A stretch of 64,000 bases of DNA from Eledone cirrhosa. Taxonomy: Eukaryota. The position numbers and the translations under genes were made by a program. The stretch lies in the NCBI GenBank assembly GCA_964016885.1, contig OZ024749.1, positions 32,674,001 through 32,738,000 on the forward strand, in the 5' to 3' direction. This document shows, in pieces, positions 54,249-64,000 of this stretch (the stretch's first letter is position 1; the number at the start of each line of letters is the position of its first letter). The notes below the pieces were generated by a model. It saw only the letters and a list, made by a program, of their open reading frames with translations. It searched no databases and was not told where the DNA came from.

Positions 54249-54539
54249 TATATATATAGATATATATATCATCATCATCAACATTAACGGTTAAAATTAA
54301 CAGTGATTACACTTTCATAACTTACACCTTAATAGCAACCTAATCCAATATATATAACATCATTGATTAACGTCCATCTTCCACTCTAGCATGGATTAGA
54401 TGGGTCCTATTTTAAAGCAAGTTGTGTTGGGTGACCATGTCTTGCTCAAATAGGGATGTTTCTGGATGTTTTTCTACGGTTGGATGTCCTTCCTAATACC
54501 AACTACATTTACAGTGTGGGCTGTGTAGATATATATATA

Positions 54540-54650
<111 letters not shown>

Positions 54651-54869
54651 TTTCTCCTCTCAAGCCCTTTCTTTTTTTTCTTAACTTCCTTACCTAACCT
54701 TCTCATACATTTATCTGTTCTCTCCTTATCCAAACTTTCCTGAAGAAGGACTTCTGTCCAAAATGTTGTGAACCTCCTCCACTTCTACCAAGTGTGAACC
54801 TAATATAACTGTGTAATTTTGCTTCCTGTGATTTGTTTTAAAGAATCTTGCTAAACAAATTCAGAAACG

Positions 54870-54923
<54 letters not shown>

Positions 54924-55017
54924 ATAATAATAAATTTGAAGACTAAAATCCAAAGAGTTTCAGAAGATCCCCTTAAGGGTGAAAGCAGCGATTCTTTGCT
55001 TAAACTTTAATCTATTA

Positions 55018-55050
<33 letters not shown>

Positions 55051-55055
<5 letters not shown>

Positions 55056-55180
55056 AACGAGTAGGACCCCGACGGCTGAGCTCAAGCCGTTTCGACGGCT
55101 AATTCTTTTTTTTTTTTTTAGTCCAGAATTAGCCGTCGAAACGGCTTGAGCTCAGCCGTCGGGGTTCTACTCGTTCCTAT
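55051..55180. mobile_element. inverted-repeat element with a hammerhead-like 3' half
   Basis: 56-bp arms, T-rich spacer, GAAACGGCTTGAGCTCAGCCGTC; related sequence at 11551-11592. Confidence 0.55.
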
Positions 55181-55256
55181 TACCCACTCTACTATCCTAA
55201 GTATTGAGTACTTTGGTGCGTTATGGTCCACCTCGTTCCTTACCATATTTCCTTCG

Positions 55257-55324
<68 letters not shown>

Positions 55325-55546
55325 TTTACAAGTTGTAGTATGGTGCCATAGAGAAAAGGGAACTTTTTCACATTGAAATACATCTTTTTCCTGGGTGGTG
55401 TGGGCTTTGTATATGTACAAAATACTGTGTTTCTCAAACGATGCGTGGTTCTTTCTCTCTCTATATATATACATATATCTTTTAATTTGTGTTTGTGTGT
55501 ACGTGTGTATATATATGTACATACATACATATATATATGATGATGA

Positions 55547-55605
<59 letters not shown>

Positions 55606-55801
55606 GTGTGTTTAGAAATGTTCTGCTAAATCATTACAGGATGTTAAATAATAATAATACTGCAAAGATACTAAAAATATTTTAATTAACAAATTCATTT
55701 TTAGAAATTTTCTGCTAAATCATTACAGCATGTTAAAGAATTAATCCAATTATTAATTTTCTTGAGCTTCATCAACATAAACTATACTTTTCTTATTTTA
55801 G

Positions 55802-55980
55802 CGAAGTAATGATGAATGTTTGAGTGAAAAAACAGTTTGTGCTGACATCTTTACATTCACCAAAACAGTAAATGGAAAAAGACAAAAGACGGAACGTCGA
55901 GTGGTAAATTGTTTGTGCACAGAGGGACAACAATGCCCTAAACTTGTGAGCCACAATATATATGATACTTTCAAACACAG
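55802..55980 (+). CDS. Argos-like protein coding exon 2
   Basis: TTTTAG acceptor, RSNDECLSEKTVCADIF...VVNCLCTEGQQCPKLVSHNIYDTFKH, AG/GTAAGT; 179 nt, phase 0-2. Confidence 0.85.
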
Positions 55981-56194
55981 GTAAGTTTTCTCACAACCAC
56001 TGGAAAGAAAATTTGTATTTACTTTGAAAAAAAGGTTATGTATGTTGTTCAGGAGATGGTGAATTAGAATATTGGATAGAATGCTTTGTGGTATTCATTC
56101 TGGCTGTCTGCATTCCCTTTGACTTTCATCCTTTCAAGGTCGATAAAAAAGTACTAGTCCAATATTGTAGCCAGAGTAAGAACTGGTTGGAAAA

Positions 56195-56430
56195 AGCTCA
56201 GGGAGCTACTTCCACTGCTAACCACAAAGAGGCAGACTGTAAGATGCTTGCTACATGGTAGTGAGACTTGGCAATCCTACATGGTAGTAGGACTTGGGCT
56301 TTGTGTATGGAGGACTTACTAAGATTGGAAAGAAATGAGGTGAGCATGCTTCGATGAATATGTAATAGTAGTGCACATAAACGATGACATATTAATAAGC
56401 TAAGAGAAAAACTGGGTATAAGAGACATGA
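56195..56430 (+). mobile_element. degenerate RTE fragment
   Basis: ILHGSRTWALCMEDLLRLERNEVSMLR. Confidence 0.75.
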
Positions 56431-57259
56431 TAGACCTTGAAAGTATTAAATCCATAGAGCAAGCAAAACTTTTCTTAAATGAAGGAAATGAACACATCTA
56501 AATATGAGACATTAGTTTGTAAATTGCTTCCATTAATAACCATCTCAATAAAACAGATGTTTGCCAAGTAGTTGATGTCTGTAAGTGTACTTGGTTATTC
56601 CTGCATCCTATCTGAAGGCACATCGCTAAGTGGTTAGAGCTTCGGGCTTACAATCACGAGGTTGTGAGTTTGATTCTCAGACGGGGCTTTGCATTGTGTT
56701 CTTGAGCAAAACACTTTATTTTACGTTGCTCCAGTTTACTCAGCTGTAGAAATGAATAGCGACGTCACTGGTGCCAAGCTGTATCAGCCATTGCCTTTCC
56801 CTTGGGCCACATCGGTGACTTGGAGAGGGGAAACTGATATGCATGGGTGACTGTTGGTTTTCTATAAACAACCTTGCCTGGACTTGTGCCTGAAGGGAAT
56901 TTTCTAGGTGTAAACCCTATAGTCATTCATGACCGAAGGGTGTCTTTACTCCTTTATCCCCTATCCATTCATAACAATGCAGCAAGTATGTTGGCTTGCC
57001 TTAAAAATTATTCAAGGGAAACTCTAGCGCCCCTTGTGGTATGTAATTGAGTGCATGGAGCTCCTCTCATTTTTTTCTAATTTTTCATTTTATATAAATT
57101 TGTTTGTATAAATTGTATATCCAAGTTGAATTCATTCCTGTGCGAGAACTTAAGAAAATCCCAAACAAACAACATTTGCAGGGTGCCACTTTGGAGTAAC
57201 TACTATATGATAACTTAAGAGGAATTCACCCTCAAATAAAAATGTTTATAATATTACAG

Positions 57260-57368
57260 ATTAGTGATGTGTCAACCAAAAACGAACCTGAAAGAATGTC
57301 GGGGCAATCAAGTGGCACATGAAGTTCATGTTAAGGACAAAAACACAGGCTTGTTTAGTTATACAACT
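57260..57368 (+). CDS. Argos-like protein coding exon 3
   Basis: TTACAG acceptor, LVMCQPKTNLKECRGNQVAHEVHVKDKNTGLFSYTT, GTAAGT; 109 nt, phase 2-0. Confidence 0.85.
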
Positions 57369-57880
57369 GTAAGTAAATATTATTATGTCCAAAATATTAA
57401 CACTCTTTTCCTACCAAGCGTTAAACTATTATATGTGGATTGGCAGTATCGGTAGAGAGTCTGACGCCATGCTTTGCAGCAAAGAGTTACGGCCCTTTAT
57501 GATCTTAGTTCAAATCCCGCCGAGGTTAACTTTGCCTTTCATCCTTACGGGGTCGATAAAATAAAGTACCAGTAATACCCTGTGATAATTGCTGGCCTTG
57601 TGCCAAAAGTAGAAACAATTATATTACAACATTGTACTATATTGTTCTTCCATGTTTTTTCTTGACTATTTGCATGAATATTATTTTAATTCATTTACAT
57701 TTTCTTTCTTTTTTTGTTCAAAGCTTATAATTATTTTAGTTAGCTTTGATATGATTCCTAATTTAAATATATTAGGTCATTATTTATTGCCACACTGCCA
57801 TAAACACTCATACACAAACAACCAAAGAAATAATTATTTGTATTATAAATATATATATATATATTTATGGGTATATATAT

Positions 57881-57936
<56 letters not shown>

Positions 57937-58065
57937 GTAAAGAAATCCCAGTAGAAGGAAGATGGTGTGCTGAATAGGATGAATAGGACTCGTCCAACCC
58001 TTGCAAGCAGGGAGAAGCGGACGTAAAATGATGATGATGATTATGAGGATATATATATATATCTA

Positions 58066-58510
58066 TATAAACGTTTGTATATGTATAATAAAGCCAAAAC
58101 AATGCAGGTATGGACATAGAATAAAGAATGCAAATGCAAAAGATATTGTTGACAATTAGTCTTTTACCTTAGATTTATTTAAATGTCCTTAATTTTCGAG
58201 ATAATATCTCTTCTTCGGAGGGAAGTAAAGCGGTTAAACCAGTGTTCTATACCATTTCCTGTCAGCATGACTTGGCAAGCTATTTAGAACACTGGTTTAA
58301 CCGCTTTACTTCCCTCCGAAGAAGAGATATTATCTCGAAAATTAAGGACATTTAAATAAATCTAAGGTAAAAGACTAATTGTCAACAATATCTTTTGCAT
58401 TTGCATTCTTTATTCTATGTCCATACCTGCATTGTTTTGGCTTTATTATACATATACAAACGTTTATACCTCATTACACAATGCTTCAAGTGAACTATAA
58501 CCTCCTCCAT
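58066..58510. mobile_element. inverted-repeat element between (TA)n tracts
   Basis: 184-bp arms 58066-58249/58285-58468, 35-nt spacer, ~40-nt extra tail on the right. Confidence 0.7.
58311..58348 (+). ncRNA. variant hammerhead-like motif (mirror copy on - strand)
   Basis: CCGAAGA-A-GAGAT/ATCTC hairpin-GAAA; AATT palindrome; only a 3-bp stem I. Confidence 0.4.
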
Positions 58511-58706
58511 ATATATATATAAGTAATTCGTAATTCCACAACAGTTAGTAAACCATTTTGGATCATCAGCACAGTTTAAATCCATTAAAGTGAAACAAAT
58601 TGTCCTCAAAAATTTACTAACTGTTGTGGAACTACTTCAACCAAACTCGTCCCATGGACTGAGTGCTCTACTACTGTAGATATAACCCACAAGTGTTCTG
58701 CCACTA

Positions 58707-58743
<37 letters not shown>

Positions 58744-59097
58744 GTTGTGAGTTCAATACTCAGACCGGGTGATGTGTTGTTTCCTTGAGCAAGACACTTT
58801 ATTTCACATTGCTCCAGTTTACTCAGCTGTAGAAATGAGATGATAGGGACTGGGGTCCCTATCATTCCACTGCAAAGTGGTCATGGAGGTGCCACGGCAA
58901 AAAAGCACCCAGCACTCACTGTAAATGAGGTTGGTGTTAGGAAGGGGAAGGGCATGCAGCTGTAGAAAGCAAGCCAGAATCAGTTCCCGTATGAGTCGCA
59001 AGGTCAGCCGACCGGACACTGCCCACAACAGGACAACCCGTCTAACCCATGCTAGCGTGGAAGAACGGATGTAAAACAGTGATGATGATGATGATGA

Positions 59098-59099
<2 letters not shown>

Positions 59100-59148
<49 letters not shown>

Positions 59149-59155
59149 CATATAC

Positions 59156-59216
<61 letters not shown>

Positions 59217-59226
59217 TATATATATG

Positions 59227-59262
<36 letters not shown>

Positions 59263-59309
59263 CATATTTATATATATATATATATATACATATTTATATA
59301 TATATACAC

Positions 59310-59360
<51 letters not shown>

Positions 59361-59412
59361 CATATTTATATATATATATATACATATTTATATATATATA
59401 CATATATATAAA
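59100..59412. repeat. interrupted (TA)n microsatellite
   Basis: direct inspection. Confidence 0.95.
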
Positions 59413-60019
59413 TATGACAGCCAAATGTCATGGTCTTTTTTTGGAGTCTGTGTTGTGTTGTCTATATGTTGAAAAGGACATACAGAAACACACACACAAA
59501 GACAGAGAAAGGGAGAGAGAGAGAAATACGCACAGACAGACCATGCAAGCAATAAAAAACATATATGTATTACATATACATGTAAGTGTGACATACAGAC
59601 AGACGGAGAAGTAGTTACTGATGTTGTTGCTACTGTCCTTGTTGTTGTTGCTGTTGTTGCTGTTGCTAATGTTGGTGCTATTGTTGTTTTTTGTTATTGT
59701 TGCTGCTGCTGTTGTTACTCTTACTGTTAATGTTGCTTCTGTTATTGTTACTGTTGTTGAGATTTCGATATTATTTATTTTGAGAACAGTATCTTAACAT
59801 CAGTATGAGCAGCCGGTTATAGCTGGTTTGAACAGAAAGAGGTGAGAGAATTCTGGCCGGATACAGCTGGTTTAAATGCTGAAGGGTTAAGTTCTCCAAT
59901 GACTGTTTAAATCTTAGCATTTTTACTATAATATATTTTCTCATTATTGTTTCATAAAATATCTTATATTGTATATGTACTACGTCATGAGTTATTTATA
60001 GAAGTCTTTATATATTCAG

Positions 60020-60142
60020 GTGAAATGCTTATGTCCTCATCACCTTGACCCAATGCCTGGTGTCTTTAATCGATCAGTGAAATACAATGGCACAAGAATG
60101 CAAACAAATCATGTTGTTCATCTCTATGTCTGCAACAATCCT
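60020..60142 (+). CDS. Argos-like protein coding exon 4
   Basis: TTCAG acceptor, VKCLCPHHLDPMPGVFNRSVKYNGTRMQTNHVVHLYVCNNP, GTAAGT; 123 nt, phase 0-0. Confidence 0.85.
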
Positions 60143-60859
60143 GTAAGTTGACTATTATTTAGTTTTTTTTTTATTATCTGTAGATGCAGCATGACCAAAT
60201 CACTTCACAAACATTAAGACAGGTTTGTAGTTGAACCTGTAGCGGTGGAGACTTCTGGTGTCCTTGGCCCTAGGGCCACCTCTCTTCGCACCACAATCAG
60301 TGCAGAGCTGGCTAGCCGCAGGTGTGAGCCTCGCGAGCTGGAATAACTCTTCCAGTGCATCTCCCTCCTTCTCTATTCTATTTACTGAGGCTGCAGGGTG
60401 GCCAGCACATGGGACCCCATTTGCTCATAATAGTGAGAGATGGGGAGGGCGGGAGAGATGGAGGCGATGACAGTGGAAGTTTGGTTCCTCTGTGTTCGAA
60501 CCTGGTGTACATGTGTGTGTAATTTTACTCAATATAAGTAACAGTCAGTAAGCGAATGTCACACACTGTGCCTTGATGAATCTCCCTGAGTACTACATTA
60601 GGGATGTAAGTATCTGTGGATTGCGTAGCCACTTGCATTTTAATTTTCCGAGCAGGCTGTTCCAATGTTCGAACAACTAGAACATTACATTCTGGGTAGC
60701 ATCTTGTGTAATTTACCATAGCTTACTCAAGTCCATCAATGCTGTGTGAGTGACATTGGGGAGATGGAAATTGTTTGGTAGCCTGTCAGATGAACTGTAC
60801 TTATTATTAAAGAGCCAGCATTATCACATAGTGTGTCACACTGAATCTTACTGGAGAAG

Positions 60860-62135
60860 TGTTGGGCTAAATGGTGGTGTGTTGTACTAAATAGTGGTGT
60901 GTTGGACTAAATAGTGGTGTGTTGTACTACATACTGTTGTGTTGTACTAAATGGTGATGTGTTGGACTAAATAGTGGTGTGTTGGACTAAATGGTGGTGT
61001 GCTGTACTACATAGTAGTGTGTTGTACTACATACTGGTGTGTTGAACTAAATGGTGATGTGTTGGACTAAATACTGGTGTGTTGGACTAAATGGTGGTGT
61101 GTTGTACTACATAGTAGTGTGTTGTACTACATACTGTTGTGTTGTACTAAATGGTGATGTGTTGTACTAAATACTGGTGTGTTGGACTAAATGGTGGTGT
61201 GTTGTACTACATAGTAGTGTGTTGTACTATATACTGTTGTGTTGTACTAAATGGTGATGTGTTGGACTAAATACTGGTGTGTTGTACTAAATGGTGATGT
61301 GTTGTACTACATAGTAGTGTGGTGTACTACATACTGGTGTGTTGAACTAAATGGTGATGTGTTGGACTAAATACTGGTGTGTTGGACTAAATGGTGGTGT
61401 GTTGTACTACATAGTAGTGTGTTGTACTACATACTGTTGTGTTGTACTAAATGGTGATGTGTTGGACTAAATACTGGTGTGTTGGACTAAATGGTGGTGT
61501 GTTGTACTACATACTGGTGTGTTGAACTAAATGGTGATGTGTTGGACTAAATACTGGTGTGTTGGACTAAATGGTGGTGTGTTGTACTACATAGTAGTGT
61601 GTTGTACTACATACTGTTGTGTTGTACTAAATGGTGATGTGTTGGACTAAATACTGGTGTGTTGGACTAAATGGTGGTGTGTTGGACTAAATACTGGTGT
61701 GTTGGACTAAATGGTGATGTGTTGTACTACATAGTAGTGTGTTGTACTACATACTGTTGTGTTGTACTAAATGGTGATGTGTTGGACTAAATACTGGTGT
61801 GTTGGACTAAATGGTGGTGTGTTGGACTAAATACTGGTGTGTTGGACTAAATGGTGGTGTGTTGGACTAAATACTGGTGTGTTGGACTAAATGGTGGTGT
61901 GTTGGACTAAATACTGGTGTGTTGGACTAAATGGTAGTGTGTTGTACTACATACTGGTGTGTTGGACTAAATGGTAGTGTGTTGTACTACATACTGTTGT
62001 GTTGTACTAAATGGTGATGTGTTGGACTAAATACTGGTGTGTTGGACTAAATGGTGGTGTGTTGGACTAAATACTGGTGTGTTGAACTAAATGGTGGTGT
62101 GTTGTACTACATACTGGTGTGTTGGACTAAATGGT
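60860..62135. repeat. 20-bp minisatellite, ~63 copies
   Basis: unit GTTGGACTAAATGGTGGTGT with variants. Confidence 0.97.
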
Positions 62136-62954
62136 TTTCCTCAGATATACCTTGTCTGAATACAAATCCTGCCTTGGTTGACTTTGCCTTCCAATCCTCA
62201 CCCCAGTGATAAAATGATAATCAGTCTTTTATGTAGAGATCACTTCAATCAATATCTACCCTACACCTCATGTGTGGTCTTTTGCTAATACAAAAAGTTA
62301 TTGTCATCCTTGTATCTTCCTCTATTATATCGAATCATTATAATCATCTTGGTTATTAGCTGTGTTCCCACAACACACAACACACAAATACAAAATTACC
62401 TATACATTTGTTCTTTACTTTTCTCTTTTCTATTCACATGCCTCTATGTAGGGAGCAAGGTCAGATTAATCCTTTTAAAGCCCTAAGCATTTACAAAATT
62501 ATTGTGTGTACCCCACTCCCACATAAATAAAGTCAATATTTTTTTTATTTTGAATGACAAATACATTTAATTTAAATAAAATAGTGCCCAAGACATGCTG
62601 CATCATGCATCATGCATCATGCATCACGACAGTGCCCCTATGAATCCATCAGGAGTTACAGCTCCATACATACATCTGCATGCATGCATGTTTCTGTAAC
62701 TCCTGAAGGAGTCGTAGAGGCACTGTCTCAACATACAGCATTTCTATGGCATCTTTTTAAACCTGGCAGAGCCCATCTCCTCTCCATGTCTGAATACAGC
62801 AGATTTCTTCCAGAGAAGTATAGAGAGTGAGAGAACAGAAATGAGAAAGAGATATAGAGGAAGAATCGACTCCAGTATTTGACTGGTACTTTTTTTTATC
62901 AACCTGGAATGGACGAAAGCCTAAGTTGACCTCCACATATAAATATATATATAA

Positions 62955-63885
62955 ACAGCAGTTGGAAGCAAGAGAACTGAGAGTGAACCTAGCTAAGACA
63001 AAAGTATTGATGAGTAGAAAAGAAGACAAAAACTCTGATTCCGTCAGGGAAATGGCCATGTTCGATATGCAGAAAAGGAACTGGCATAAATTCTATAAAA
63101 TGCACACAATGCAGATCCTGGGTACACAAGAGATGTAGCGGGATAGCAGGCAAACTAACAGGTAGGGAGAAATATGTATGCAGATGTACAGGGAAATTAG
63201 ACAGTAGAAGTCGCATTGATAGACACATTTTTCAAATGCAGGCGGGTGCTATAGAAGTGGTGGATAGCTTCCGGTACCTAGGAGATCAGATTAGCATGGG
63301 AGGGGGGTGTTCCGAGGGCATAGTATCTAGAATAAGGACGGGTTGGAAGAAGTTTAAGGAGCTGCTTCCTCTGCTGATGAAGAAGGGTTTCTCCCTGCGT
63401 ACGAAAGGCCGGTTATATGATGCCTGTGTGAGGAGCGTGATGCCGCATGGTAGTGAGACATGTGCAGCAACTGCAGAGGATATGCGACGGCTGGAGAGAA
63501 ATGAGGCAAGCATGCTCCGTTGGATGTGCAGTGTCAATGTGCGTGAACGACCCAGCATGAATGTGTTGAGAGAGAATCTGTGTCTGAGAGGGATAGAATG
63601 TAGTGTACGGGAGAGGAGACTGAGGTGGTATGGACATGTGATGCGCATGGAGGATGACCGATGGGTGAAGAAGTGCCAGGAAATGCCAGTTGAAGGAAGA
63701 CGTGGTAGAGGTAGACCACGAAAAACATGGGCGGAGGTGGTGAGAACAGACCTTAGATCGCTGAAACTCATGGTAGAGATGACGAAGGACCGTGACAAGT
63801 GGAGAGATGCTGTGCTGAATAAGACCCGTCCCACCCTTGCAAGCAGGGAAGAGCGGATGTAAAATGATGATGATGATGATGATAT
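62955..63885 (+). mobile_element. RTE LINE 3' fragment
   Basis: VNLAKTK, PHD-like Cys/His remnant, EVVDSFRYLG, RRLRWYGHVMRM, GRPRKTW, (GAT)n tail. Confidence 0.92.
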
Positions 63886-63988
63886 ATATATATATATACA
63901 CACATACTAAAAATAGATTACAGTGCTTCGTAAAAGTTTATTTCACTTTTTGTTATTGACTAAACTGTTTTCTTCTTTTCATTTACAG

Positions 63989-64000
63989 AATAATGGAAAT
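63989..64000 (+). CDS. probable start of the next Argos-like exon, cut by the window edge
   Basis: strong polypyrimidine tract + TTTACAG, then open phase-0 codons NNGN. Confidence 0.5.

Noticed and set aside
58531-58635. Complete hammerhead in a small inverted repeat
   Set aside because: CTGATGA is on the - strand and GAAAC..GTC on the + strand, so they cannot form one ribozyme

Overview
AT-rich, repeat-dense eukaryotic (metazoan) DNA. The SINE/RTE/CR1 content, (TA)n tracts and decayed C2H2 zinc-finger debris point to an octopus/coleoid cephalopod (inference). Three spliced genes can be reconstructed by hand: (1) a complete 6-exon AP-3 adaptor sigma subunit gene (AP3S1/2-like, - strand, CDS 11283-25558, 190 aa); (2) an unnamed small single-pass membrane protein gene (- strand, ~33348-37196, 5' end unresolved); (3) a secreted cysteine-rich protein resembling Argos/giant-lens (+ strand, from 53193, running off the window end). 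The rest is RTE and CR1-type LINE fragments, two tRNA-derived SINE families, non-autonomous Helitrons, piggyBac-type and other MITEs, and minisatellites. The most unusual signal is a set of short, protein-free elements next to (TA)n tracts, mostly built as long inverted repeats, whose arms carry minimal type I hammerhead ribozyme motifs (stem I-CUGAnGA-stem II-GAAA-palindromic stem III-UH-stem I). They cluster at 45.8-48.3 kb and 53.9-58.6 kb, next to a decayed Penelope-type GIY-YIG endonuclease fragment, and several lie in introns of gene 3. All alignments and folds were done by eye; repeat boundaries are approximate.
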